A stretch of DNA of 64,000 nucleotides from Mizuhopecten yessoensis (taxonomy: Eukaryota), in NCBI RefSeq assembly GCF_002113885.1, contig NW_018408907.1:647907-711906 (forward strand). The letters run 5' to 3'. The notes below the pieces were generated by a model. The model searched no databases, was not told the origin of the DNA, and saw only the letters and a program-made list of their open reading frames with translations. Positions 1-12,550 of this stretch are shown piece after piece (positions within the stretch are counted from its first letter, which is position 1; each line of letters opens with the position of its first letter). Made by a program: the position numbers and the translations under genes.

Positions 1-248
1 GTTGGAGAGTAGTCTGTACCTGAGACTGTCTGGAGGAGCTAACAAAGAAGAGATCCCTGGTTGTTGGAGAGTAGTCTGTACCTGAGACTGTCTGGAGGAG
101 CTAACAAAGAAGAGACACTGGTAGTTGGAGAGTAGTCTGTACCTGAGACTGTCTGAAGGAGCTAACAAAGAAGAGATCCCTGGTTGTTGGAGAGTAGTCT
201 GTACCTGAGACTGTCTGGAGGAGCTAACAAAGAAGAGATCACTGGTTG
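1..248. repeat. Tandem repeat, ~62-bp unit, 4 copies (may continue left of the window)
   Basis: Unit GTTGGAGAGTAGTCTGTACCTGAGACTGTCTGGAGGAGCTAACAAAGAAGAGATCCCTGGTT starts at 1, 63, 124 and 186. Confidence 0.95.
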
Positions 249-704
249 CCCTTAATTCCATGGAATACCATTACATTAATTTTTATTTTACCTGTGGTAA
301 ATATTTTTAAGGTGACCTGGGGTTGTGGCATATAAACTTTGTGAAATGTACATAGAACTAGTATATCTTGTTGATCATGAATTAAAGAAAAAATGTGTAC
401 CAAAACAAAATCAGGTTTTATAAAAAATAAAAAAAATTGTTAAACTCATACCTTTTTCATAAACTTTGTGGATAATTAACAGTACTTTCTTGAATATGAA
501 CATTACATTTCTTTATGCATACTATAGTCTATCTAACAAAGATGATATACCACATGATCTAGTATGGTTGATAACTGTTATTACACACTATATTTGCACT
601 TTGTATTTTCATTAATATATACATCATATATTTATATATTGAACGTGTTTGTTTATACATCCTCACAACACACACAGCTAATGTCATACAAAGACGATGT
701 CCAC

Positions 705-1023
705 ACAGTTGATGTAATAGTGGGGTCATATTATGTCCAATTTATAGTGCCATCTCACTGAACTATCTTCACCTGGGCACAGAATTATCACCACAACCAT
801 GATACCCTTACAGTTGATGTATTAGTGGGGTCATATTATGTCCAATTTATAGTGCTATCTCACTGAATTATCTTCACCTGGGCACAGTAGCATCGATCGC
901 CACAACCATGATACCCTTACAGTTGATGTAATAGTGGGGTCATATTATGTCCAATTTATAGTGCCATCTCACTGAATTATCTTCACCTGGGCACAGAATT
1001 ATCACCACAACCATGATACCCTT
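705..1023. repeat. Tandem repeat, 105-109 bp unit, 3 copies
   Basis: ACAGTTGATGTAATAGTGGGGTCATATTATGTCC... starts at 705, 810 and 919. Confidence 0.95.
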
Positions 1024-2934
1024 CGTAGGCAATTTGTTTGACAGTGGGCATGTTGATCATAATAGAAGCACCTATGAGGCACCACGGCCATCAAGCAGAA
1101 TGAGTAGGTAGGACAGAAATGAGCTCCCAGGTGTTGCAAATTGGGCAAAAGAATTTTGGTTTTTCATTAAGTCCCCAAGTTTAAAGCAGAAGACACAGCA
1201 GAAGGTTAACCCCACAATTGTACAAGGGGCACCTGATTATGATTGCCTACCCAAACTTGCACACCAGGTACTAGGTACATCAGTGTTTTTTCTACCTCAA
1301 TTTCATAACAGCCCATTTAGTTTTCCTAAATGAATTGGGAAAATATTGATTTTTTTTTGAATTAGGAGGATATTCTTCATATTTTCTTCATTTCAGAAAA
1401 AAATACTAGTGGAAACAGCAGCCTGTTCCTCACTGTAAATCACTCAATTATACACATACGACATTTGATTTGGTACGTGATTGAAAAGAAATAGTATCAC
1501 ATGCTCATATATATGAATAGTACACTGTGACTACCATTTCATGGCATCTATAATATTTTTTCAGATTTTTAAAAATTTAACTAACCATCTATTTTACCGT
1601 CATACAAAATATAAAATAGTGTTTCATTGATTTTGATTATGACTTTCACAAAGGGACAATGGGATTGCTGTATAATAGCAATATACCATACAGGTACGTG
1701 TAGAGCAAGATTCGTTCACATATGTTCAATGGCCGTCTGTAGTCACACAGGTATCTAGTGTTTATTCAGGAAGTAGACCTTAAACGACACAGGCAGTGTA
1801 AACTTAAATTGGATGTTTGCTCAAGATGTTGGCAGATTGTCATTATTTTTGTTTAGGCGGGGGTCCCAGCGGTCTGTCGTATCTCCAACAAAGTGTCAAT
1901 CAGTGTTCAGGATATTCCTGACTTGGGAGTTGCTTACTTATTTTTAAATATAGCACAATTTTATAAAAAAAAAAATAGATTTTCGTGTATGTTAGGTGAA
2001 AAAATCCTGACTTCTTGATTGTAAACCAAGGAGAGCCTACTTGTGCGGCCCTAACAGGTTATGATATTTGTGCTGTGATACATGAATAATGCAATTAAAT
2101 ATTTTTCCAAATTTTCGGCTTCAAGTGGATAGATAATGGATCTTGATCACACAACCTTTTACAATTGATTGATGAAAAGATTTTGCATTTGCTATTTAAT
2201 TGAGTTGATTCAACATGCCTTTATTCTGTTTTTCATCCGTTAATCTCCAATGGTGTTGTTATCAATCACCTGCTTTTCTTTATTTTGCAACTTTTATGAG
2301 GATTAATTCCACTTTTAACTAAACTTTCTTTAAATAATAGTTAATACATCAAGTTGTCCTTTGACTCATTAGACATGTTTTATTCCTAATTATATTAAAC
2401 AAACTTGAAAAGGCATTAAAACCAGGAATTATGTCACCTGTTCAAGTACACTTGTCCAAATCAGAACCCTGCCTATTTGGATACCTGTCCAATTGAACCT
2501 TCTAAACTGGTTCATGTGAACCTGTTTTATCGGCCCCAAAAGTTTTATGAATTCAACAAACTATATTCAAAGAGTTACTGTAGTGCAAATAGTAACCGAA
2601 CATAATATATTCTTTGTGATTGTATTATGATGATGCCAAAACCACATCGAAAGTTACGACAGGTAGAAGTTGAGCTTTTTATCTGTGTTTCCATAAGCTA
2701 ATCAAGCATAACGTGTGCCGCTAAAAGTTGCGCAAAAGATTATATCAATTATTGTCATTTTACTTTACAATAAAGATATCGTAGTCAATTCAATTCAAGT
2801 TTTCAAGTTTTCCGATTTCAATCATCCAAGAGCACTAAAGTATTCCAGGTATCAATCCTATATAATATCAAAACATCTATATTTTAAAACAGAAAATTTA
2901 AGTTGATTTCATTTCTGCTTGCTGATAAATACCA

Positions 2935-3631
2935 GGCCCATATTCACTAAACCATTCTCATGCTAAACCTGGAATCAATCTAGACTTGATTCACTATTGT
3001 TTATGGGTAGTTTAATTTCCATTATATTAGAAAATTCCCCTGTGCTTTGAAATTTTCCCGATGTGCTTCAAAATTTCACCAAGAAATGAGTGTTTTTTCT
3101 TCAAAATTTCACCTATATGTTTTCTTTAAAGTTCAACATATACAGCTAAAATTCATAATACTGCATATATACATTTTCTTCACATAATGTAAATAAAAAT
3201 TCTACAATTTTTAGCTCAAAACTGTTTATAAATCGAAATAAACTGCACACATGCATGACGGACAAAACATTTATCTTTTACCTTCATGACGCTAGAGCCA
3301 GAGACTATCAAAATGTTAATTTCCCCAAAATATGAGAAAGGGTAGATTCTCCTAAAGCCTGATATTGATCCCTGTGAATGAAAAACCATGTTTTGTACTG
3401 TGCTCAAGGTAAATATATTTTCTGGTGATTTTTTTTAAATAAAACAAAATCACATTTTTTCAATGATTTGGAAGAATTTAACAGAGACTTACAGCTGAAG
3501 AGTGAATAATGCACAAGAAGTTTACACCTGAAATTTTGATTTGTCACCAGTGATTTAAGTGGGTTTCTGAAAGGCTGGCTTGAACACAGAATCCATGCTT
3601 GAGCATGAGAACGGTTTCATGAATACGGGCC
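2935..3631. mobile_element. MITE, probably PIF/Harbinger-like
   Basis: Imperfect ~30-bp TIRs GGCCCATATTCACTAAACCATTCTCATGCT / AGCATGAGAACGGTTTCATGAATACGGGCC; possible CAG target duplication; no coding capacity. Confidence 0.75.
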
Positions 3632-3750
3632 CAGATGTGAAGTTAGGAATTAATTATCAGGATGTGATATGCATCGTTCCAGGCAGTTGATCTAGACATA
3701 CATATATAATGCATACTACATATGTAAATATATGTTAAATTACTTATTAC

Positions 3751-3762
3751 CTAGGGAATTCA
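3751..3762 (-). CDS. Candidate 12-nt microexon of the minus-strand gene starting at 11819
   Basis: Minus strand reads ttgctgttgatttggtttgcag|TGAATTCCCTAG|gtaata; frame-preserving and compatible with phase 1 (adds VNSL). Confidence 0.25.
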
Positions 3763-4111
3763 CTGCAAACCAAATCAACAGCAATTTGATACACAATATA
3801 TATATTAATACATCATGGAATAATGTGTTAACAAACTGTTGAGTGTTGTGTGTATTCGGCCTAGAAATAATCCTGTCACAGAGTTCCGAATGTGAATCAT
3901 ACGATCTCTACTGTACCACATATGTCCCATTGGGTCAAACTACATCATAATACTAGAAAATTGAAACACACATGTAGATCACATTACAAAAGTAAAAGTC
4001 AGATTTAGTAAACTTTTATAAAATTATCAATTTGTAAGTTGTCTTCATCAAACAAAATTGTCAAAATGGTAGATCCAATATACCAACACCAAGAACTAGC
4101 TGCGAGATGTA

Positions 4112-6262
4112 CATCCTACAGCAGTTATTATATAAGCTCCCATTGGCAGTACAAATACTACAGCAGTGAGCTCTCATTGACGATACATTCTACAGCAATG
4201 AGCTCCCATTAACAGTAAAAATAATACACCTAAGCTCCAATTGACAGTTCAAAAACAGCAGTGAGCTCTCAGTGACAGTATAAATCTTTCAGTAGTGAGC
4301 TCTCGTTGACAGTACAAATACTATAGCAGTGAGCTCTCATTGACAATACATGTACATTCTACAGCAGTGAGCTCCCATTAACAGTAAAAATAATACAGCT
4401 AAGCTCCCATTGACAGTTCAAAAAAAGCAGTGAGCTCTCAGTGATAGTACACATCCTACAGCAGTAAGCTTTCATTGACAGTACAAATCCTACAGCAGTA
4501 AGCTCTCATTGACAGTACCAATCCTACAGCATTGAGCGCTCACTGACAGTACACATACAAATCAAACAGCAGTGAGCTCTCATTGCTGTAGGATTTGTAT
4601 ATATACTGTCAGTGAGCTTTCAATGCTGTAGGATTTTTATGTATACTGTCAGTGAGCTCTCTATGCTTTAGGATTTGTATGTATCCTGTCAGTGAGCTCT
4701 CATTGCTGTATGATTTTTATGTGTACTGTCAGTGAAAGCTCACTGCTGTAGGATTTATATGTGTACTGTAATTGAAAGCTCAATGCTGTAGGATTAGTAT
4801 GTATACTGTCAGTGAGCTCTCTATGCTTTAGGATTTGTATGTACACTGTCAGTGAGCTTTCAATGCTGTAGGATTTATATGCGTACTGTAAGTGAAAGCT
4901 CACTGCTGTAGTATTTGTACTGCCAATGGGAGCTTAGCTGTAGGATTTGTACTGTCAATGAGATCTCACTGCTGTATGATTTATATGTGTACTGTAATTG
5001 AAAGCTCAATGCTGTAGGATTTTTATGTATACTGTCAGAGAGCTCTCAATGCTGTAAGATTTGTATGTGTACTGTCAGTGAGATCTCAATGCTGTAGGAT
5101 TGGTATGTATACTGTCAGTGAGCTCTCCATGCTGTAGGATTTGTACTGTCAATGAATGAGAGCTTATAGTCACTATTGTAATATTTGCACTGTCAAAGAG
5201 AGCATATATTATATATATATATATGTACTGCTGATCAAGTATCATAAAGGATTTGTACTGTCAATGAGACCTCTCTGCTGTACGATTTGTACTGTCAATG
5301 AGAGTTCATTGCTGTAGGATTTGTACTGTCAATGAGATCTCACTGCTGTATGATTTGTACTGTCAATGAGAGGTCACTGCTGTATGATTTGTAATGTCAA
5401 TGAGAGCTTACTGCTGTAGGATTTGTATGTGTTCTGTCAGTGAGCTCTCTATGCTTTAGGATTTGTATGTACACTGTCAGTGAGCTTTCAATGCTGTAGG
5501 ATTTATACTGTCAATGGGAGCTCTGTAGGATTTGTATGTACACTGTCAGTGAGCTTTCAATGCTGTAGGATTGGTACTGTCAATGAGACCTCTCTGCTGT
5601 ACGATTTGTACTGTCAATGAGAGATCACTGCTGTATGATTTATATGTGTACTGTAATTGAAAGCTCAATGCTGTAGGATTGGTACTGTCAATGAGATCTC
5701 ACTGCTGTATGATTTTTATGTGTACTGTCAGTGAGATCTCAATGCTGTAGGATTTTTATGTATACTGTCAGTGAGCTTGCAATGCTGTAGGATTAGTATG
5801 TATACTGTCAATGAGCTCTCATTGCTGTATGATTTGTATGTATACTGTAAGTGAGCTCTCACTGTTGTATGATTTGTATGTATACTGTAAGTGAGCTCTC
5901 ACTGTTGTATGATTTGTATGTATACTGTAAGTGAGCTCTCACTGCTGTATGATTTTTATGTGTACTGTCAGTGAAATCTCACTGCTGTATGATTTGTAAT
6001 GTCAATGAGAGCTCGCTGCTGTAGGATATGTGCTGTAAATGGGAGCTCACTGCTGTAGGATTTGTACAAATCCTACAGCATTGAGAGCTCACTGACAGTA
6101 CACATAAAAATCATACAGCAGTGAGAGCTCACTGACAGTATACATACAAATCCTACAGCATTGAGAGCTCATGCACTGACAGAACACATACAAATCCTAC
6201 AGCATTGAGAGCTCACTGACAGTACACATACAAATCATACAGCAGTGAGCTTTCCCTGACAT
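4112..6262. repeat. 34/40-bp minisatellite array with inverted central block
   Basis: Monomer CCTACAGCAGTGAGCTCTCATTGACAGTAC(ATAC)AAAT runs forward at ~4112-4577 and 6066-6262, and reverse-complement at ~4578-6065. Confidence 0.95.
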
Positions 6263-7107
6263 TGAAAATACTTAAGAATTGAGCTCTTGTTGACGGTATG
6301 AAATACTAAATACCACAGCAGTTATCAAAAACTACAGGGAATGATATAATGTAATTTCTTATGATCTAAGGGCAATGATTGGTTTCCCAAATTGTATGAA
6401 TATATACTTCTTTCCCTGAGGGCGTATGGGATTATACGGTATTTGTTGGTCCTTTCCACTTGATCAGGTATGCACTGTGTATCTATTGTTATATAGAAAC
6501 TCAAACCCATGTTTTCTATCATGTGACATTTGAACATTATCAGATGTTTATGTCAACAACCTGTTAATTTCCCCTCAATTTTTTTAAATATTTATCTCTT
6601 CATCATTTATAGACCTAGATTTATTTCTACAAAGTATAGAATGTTTTGGTCATTTACTTAAGCCCAACAACCAGCTACTGAAATATTTTAGGGATATTGT
6701 ATTAAGTCTGCAGTTGCTCAAAACTGCAGCCTGCAGGCAGCGCTACTCAAAATGATCCTCTTAAGATGAAAATAAAAAAATAAAAACCATTGTAATCATT
6801 CACGATTTTTCAAAAAAAAATATCTATATACAATCTCATGGTTTATTTCTCTTTTTCCCTGAAAACATTCCTTCTATTAATTTTTAACCAATTTTTAAAT
6901 GCTACACTTATTTAAGTTAACTGTACCAAACAATTCCGCTAAATCCACTTTTGCATCTGTGAGTGTATTATACAAGAATGCTTTTCAGATGCTAATTAAC
7001 TCAATCATAGATACACAGATGTTAATAAAAATTGCATCGACATATTAAAGATGGCCATCACATATTTGTACAAGTTGACAATTAAACCGATACTAAAAGC
7101 TTTTTCT

Positions 7108-7162
7108 GGCCCTAAATGACCATAGTTGTTGATAGACCGTTAAACTCAAATAAACAAACAAA
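7108..7162 (+). mobile_element. SINE 3' tail fragment
   Basis: CCTAAATGACCATAGTTGTTGATAGACCGTTAAAC followed by (AAAC)n; same tail as the SINEs ending near 13925 and 40863. Confidence 0.7.
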
Positions 7163-7535
7163 TTCATGATTAGATTTCCAGTCAAACCAAAATTCAACAA
7201 CCCTATTCTTTGTAAGCTATTTATATATAAATGTATGTGTTCATGGTCATTCTCATGTCAGCCATCTTAAATTTTAGACTTATCCGAAAAAATAACACCT
7301 AATTAGCCTGAAGCATCTTAAAGGATCATAATAAACCTCACACTTTTTGAGAAAAAGTTTGAAAATACAGTTGTTGATACAAAACAAAATACCCACAAAT
7401 GATGTTCAATTTCCAAATAACCCATAAATAACAACTATAGCACTTTATCAATAGGTAAAGATGACCAGGACAATGTCGTCTTGCTGGGTTTATCGGCTTT
7501 AATCAAAATGACAGTGATTAGTTTCAACCCATTAA

Positions 7536-8167
7536 AGGGGCTAGTCGGGGAAAAAATTACAAAATAAATGGGTCTAAATGCGTTCTCTGGCCTTCCAAAA
7601 GTTATACCATGGCAATATGATGGTCGAGTTCTGCTTGCAATGTCCAGTTTTGACCACTGAAATCTTGGGGAAGCCCCGCGTAAATTTAGCACAGATCTAT
7701 TTATATATGTCACATGGTTGTTTCAAAAGTGAGGCAGTGAAGATAACAACAATAACATGCCGTCATGTGCCATGTAAGACAAGACAGCAATACTATATGT
7801 AAATAATTGTTTTCAAAGGTCAGGTATAATGCAAAGGTAGTATTCCTACCTATATGTTGTTGTTATATATAACGGTATTGATACCTCGTGCCTGTCATGA
7901 CTTTCGCATGCATCTTTTTCTTTCGACGCGATGTTTACATTTGGCCTTGTTGATGACGCGCGTGCGGTAATATTACATCACTGATCTGGGTCAATTGAGA
8001 GTTTTAGACTGTAGCGTGACATTTAGGATTTCTTTAATATAATTATATTTTTTACTCTTAGGGAGTGAATTTCAGCAAAATTTGAATCGGTATATTTCAT
8101 AAGAAGGTATTTTAAACATGTGTATGCCATTTTAGCAAATATGACATTTTTTCCCCGACCAGTCCCT
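7536..8167. mobile_element. Kolobok-like MITE
   Basis: TTAA on both flanks (7532-7535, 8168-8171); TIRs AGGGGCTAGTCGGGGAAAAAA / TTTTTTCCCCGACCAGTCCCT with RR...YY termini. Confidence 0.85.
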
Positions 8168-8547
8168 TTAAATGTGTCGTCATAAGGACATTGGATCTCC
8201 CGCTCCCAGTATTAACTACAACACTTGGTAAACTCATTGCCCCTCAACTTTTTTCAATATAATTCCTTTCATTTTTTCGGCTAAGTCAATCTGGCACACA
8301 CTGAGAGGTTCAATTTTTTTGTATTTTCAAGATGGACTAGCTATACCGCCATCCCAGATTGAGGGCCAATTAATTTGCATCAACCCAATCCTTCCAAGTT
8401 TTGCTAACACTAACGGAACTTGAGAAGTGGATTAAAATGTGATTTTAAGGACGGCAACTTTTGTCAACTATATAAGATTTTGGAGGAAAATAGCTACATG
8501 ATGTAGCTATAGAGTTATCGGTATGTTAGATTTTAATTGCACGTCAT

Positions 8548-8651
8548 CTGTAGGATTACGGTTCCCACTAGAGGGAATTTCCCTTTAGCTCAGTGGTTGA
8601 GTGTCCGACTAGGAAGTCATGCAGGAATTCACTCAACTCTCTCCTGTTACA
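8548..8651 (+). mobile_element. tRNA-containing solo-LTR-like element (degenerate)
   Basis: TGTAGG...A-box-like TAGCTCAGTGG...CTCTCCTGTTACA; the 3' end matches the element at 14170-14307. Confidence 0.5.
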
Positions 8652-8719
8652 CCTGTACTTCAGCTAGGTGCAAACAGACAGGAAAAGAGCTTTAATTTAT
8701 TCTTATTTGGCCTTATTAA

Positions 8720-8802
8720 CCCTTTCACCCCTGTAGACCATAATGGACTCATCCAGATCAAAGCATGTTATTGTCTACTAAAGGTACATGGGGGAGAAAG
8801 GG
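8720..8802 (+). mobile_element. 83-bp piggyBac-like micro-MITE
   Basis: TTAA|CCCTTTC...GAAAGGG|TTAA; homologous copy in reverse orientation at 33844-33926. Confidence 0.85.
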
Positions 8803-8863
8803 TTAAACTGGCCTCATTAGTACACAGCTACTCCATCTGAGTTTATTAGCATGTTATATACTA

Positions 8864-9454
8864 CTGTGACGGTACCCAAATCGAGACACTTGACGGAAAA
8901 AGTCACAAGAAATTTGCATGCTGTGCAAAGAAGTATTTTCAAATTGAAAATATTGATTTAAAGATGCTAATATACCAATAAAACATTATATGAACATTAT
9001 TTACTGCCACTTATGGTTACAATCACAGTTTTAGTTTGTAAATAATGACGAAAATTAAATTTTTGCATGTGATTTTTCACAATCCTACTATTTCACAACT
9101 AATGGTAGTTCGGAAAAGAAATTCATTCAGAATGACCATTAATTGACTCTTAAAAATTCCAAAGATATGCCATGTTCTGCTAAATACTTTTTTTTAAATA
9201 TTCAAATATAAGCCAAAACTGGTAAGGGTGTCCCGATTTGGGTACAGCTACACCTGTTTCTTGATTACGTAACTATGACTATATTTTCGGGTTTATTTAT
9301 AGAACCATGCACCGGATATATCAACTTGTTATCAAAATGAAAAGATAATGATATCTATTTAGGAAGTGAAAAAAATTTACTGGGGATCGGTAGTCTACTA
9401 TGGTATGAAATACATCAAATTCAATATTTCACTAAAAAAAATCCCAATTTGGGT
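8864..9454. mobile_element. TIR element (MITE), right end truncated
   Basis: Left end TA|CTGTGACGGTACCCAAATCGAGAC; inverted copies GTCCCGATTTGGGTAC (~9229) and ATCCCAATTTGGGTA (~9441), the latter running into the next element. Confidence 0.6.
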
Positions 9455-10933
9455 AGAGCAATGGAGGCAGTTATCGACAGTCTAAGCTTCAAATTTGTTT
9501 TTCCAGTTCACCGTTTTGCGTAAGTTATTTTATGATGGCATTTCGAAGAAGTCGGGAAACGTTCTCTATTTCATCATCTGCAATAAACGTACATGTGACG
9601 AATCGCGGGAGAAATCATTGTTTTGTTGGCGTTAATGACAGGGGTAGTTATCGACAGGTGGAGGCAGTTATCGACAGCTAAGTTAAAATGTTAATTATTT
9701 CTATTATTAATCTCTAATAATACATTCATTTGTTCTGACGTGTGTCCAATTGCTTAAAAAAGGTATAAACATGTCAAGTGATATGTTAAGTCATAAATGT
9801 AAACAAACACGCTCCCTTTTCTGCACGCATGCACAAACAGTCACCGTCACAGCATTTTGATCAAACACATTTTCTGGTTCCCTTTCAATATGGTGTCCCA
9901 CCCCAATTTCATATTATTTTGATCCCCAGTGATGCATTCCAACAGCCCAAAAGTTTTGAATTATGATGCATTTATCCTACAATGATAGAGATCAGAAATT
10001 TAATTCAAGAAAACATAATTGAATCTTCTTGAAATAATCATTGTGGAAATGTTTTTAGGTTCTTAATGTTCACAAGATAATTAGTTATATACCTCCTGCC
10101 TAACAGAACAATTTTCATCAACATTTTATCTATGTAATTGATTACTTTTCAATATATATTATATTCTGGATATATATGACTGCAGTGTCTTCAAATATTG
10201 ATATTTTTCATAATTTGTAATTGCAGTTTATATTGAGCATATTTACAAGACTTATCTACATGGATTTTATTGAGAAATTTGGATTTTTTAGTATTTTAGT
10301 ATGCTTGTAAAGTTATGTCTGTTTACTGGATAGACTTTAGCATACTATTGTTGTCGGGTACATGTTCTCACCTTTCACAATTCACGATATATATATATAT
10401 TGAAATCATACAGGCAACTTTGAAGTACAAGTCATTCATAAAAATATGCTTTTAATGGATAAAACAAAAATTAATTGGTATTTTTTTACATACTGTCGAT
10501 AACTACCTCCGATCCTCAAATTGCGGCAGTTATCGACAACCCTATTTCCGACCTTAACAATACCCTGGATGTAGATAATACGCTGACAAACGTTGCAGAC
10601 GCTTCATGAGTGAAGTTGGATTACACCATTATGTGACAAATATTTCAGAAAAAAATGTCATCAAAATTCGATGTGCCAAACATATCTTATCGGGGCCCGT
10701 AAGGGAGGTTTAAAAACAGGATCGATTCTTCTCTTTGGAAAAAAAAAGTTCAAAAAATTTGTTTAACCGGTGTTGTCTGAATGGAACGGTTCCGAGGGAT
10801 TCCGAAAAAGGTAAGTGTACCTATCAAAAACACTGAGTGTCTGAAAAACGGTTCGTAATCGATCCAAACGAGATGAATAGAACCGGGGGCCGATAATACC
10901 CCACTGTCGATAACACCCTCCGTTGCTCTACTG
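9453..10933. mobile_element. Non-autonomous DNA transposon, Tc1/mariner-like termini
   Basis: TIRs GTAGAGCAATGGAGGCAGTTATCGACAG / CTGTCGATAACACCCTCCGTTGCTCTACTG|TA; subterminal GTTATCGACA motifs at ~9470, 9647, 9668, 10529 and inverted at ~10493, 10904. Confidence 0.85.
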
Positions 10934-11803
10934 TAATGTTAACCTCTCTGTTTTGTAACCTAACAGGCGATTAATTAACTGGGAATGAAATATACATTTA
11001 ATTGCCAAATTCTAGTTAGAAATATGCACTCGGTGCATGGTGAAACAGTGATGCTACACACAGTAAAACCTTAACATTTGTACACAAATGTGTTGTATTG
11101 ATATTTTATAGTGTAGGCAATAACTACCTAGCCACTCTCATATAAATTATACATACACATATAAACACATGTCCCATGTAGCGTGTGTCGAATGAGGTCA
11201 CGCTCACTAGCCTACTACTGTGGACAATTGACCGTGGGCTACTGTTGGCTACTGTGATAAGGTTCTCAAAAGTACATTTACACGTCAAAGATAATGATAG
11301 GCTAACTAGGTCCAATTCATAACAATCTTGAAGATCGAATATTATTTGATTATAATGTGTGACGCTAAATAGGTCATATATATATAACAAACATGTAACT
11401 GTTAGGCCTGATTTAGACGAGCGAAATCTTTACACACAACGACACGTGAAAAGTATAGGATGAATGGATCGAGATGATTTCGAAATAATGTTCCGGCTCG
11501 AACAGGATAGGTAATAATATTCACAAAGTAACCTCACACGGATCCAAGGGATACCTGCATGAGTGTTGATTAGGCTACACGTACGTTTGTTTACAAAACA
11601 CCGGCACACACCTAGCGAACTTCTTCACGCTTGACCTGCCAGGGCTTTGCCGTGTACATTCTCAATTAAAATGTTCATCCAAAGATTCGAGAGTATTACA
11701 GATAGAAAAAAGTGGTGACTAAGCAAAAGAAGAAACTCTAATAACGTGACGTAGACATTAACGACAGACACTACTTCTCAGCCATTTGAGCACGCGTTCT
11801 TAC

Positions 11804-11819
11804 CTTTCGCTTTCTCCAT
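11804..11819 (-). CDS. Probable first coding exon (MEKAK..., phase 1) of an unidentified minus-strand gene
   Basis: Minus strand CAAC-ATGGAGAAAGCGAAAG|GTAAGA: good start context and strong donor, within a CpG-rich region. An alternative upstream ATG at 11826 would give MTTWRKRK, phase 0. Confidence 0.5.
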
Positions 11820-12050
11820 GTTGTCATTCTGCTGTCGTTACTGCGCATGCCGCTCCAACCGTAAACAATCACCCACCCGTGGCCATGTATTGAACAGGTT
11901 CGCGGGGCCTGTACATTGGAATCCCAACTCACACACGAGTTTGAGCTTCATTTTATCACCAAAGTGACGAAAGAATAATAAAAAATAGTTATAAAAAATA
12001 CACGTCACTCTGTCAACACTCGACAACTTTGTGACGGGGCCGCGGTTTGT
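11820..12050 (-). promoter_or_regulatory. Probable housekeeping-type promoter / 5'UTR
   Basis: Locally CpG-rich; NRF1-like TGCGCATGC at ~11842 just upstream of the ATG/donor; CRE-like CACGTCA at 12001. Confidence 0.45.
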
Positions 12051-12255
12051 TTGTTTTGGAATTTGCGTGTAAGAGATAGGGAGAATAAAATAAAAGTTAG
12101 ATTAAGTACAAATATACAGAAACAGATATAAGATAAATCGCGTTTCTATCTTTAGTCTTTACTGTACCAATCAGGTGTAACTTTGAAAATTGAATTATAT
12201 AACTATGGTTTATTACTGAAGTGTCCCAATTCGGTTGAGTGATCTTATGTCGTAC

Positions 12256-12279
12256 CGCGGAATTAGATTAGAATCCGTG
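12256..12279. mobile_element. P-element-like excision footprint (24 bp)
   Basis: GTCGTAC|CGCGGAATTAGATTAGAATCCGTG|GTCGTAC; 7-bp direct repeat on both flanks. Confidence 0.7.
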
Positions 12280-12515
12280 GTCGTACTTTGACGTCAATCA
12301 TCCAACTTGATCAGGTCATTGTGACCTATTTTTCAATGTTTGACGTAAACTATTAGAAGGTAGGCTGGTCATGGGATTTAGAAATACAGTGCTGTTTTAC
12401 GTTATTTGGTCACTGTGACCGAACTTCAAAAATTTCGGCCTACAGAATTAAAAATTGTCATCGGGTTCAGAACAGAACTTAAAACTGTAAGTTTGCCTTA
12501 CAAGTTCACTGTAAC

Positions 12516-12550
12516 CACGGACTTAAATAACACGGACTTATAATTCCGTG
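12516..12550. mobile_element. P-element-like excision footprint (35 bp)
   Basis: CTGTAAC|CACGGACTTAAATAACACGGACTTATAATTCCGTG|CTGTAAC; 7-bp direct repeat on both flanks. Confidence 0.75.

Noticed and set aside
292-535. Possible minus-strand exons near donor-like sites at ~291 and ~451
   Set aside because: Weak acceptors or in-frame stops, and no recognisable peptide.
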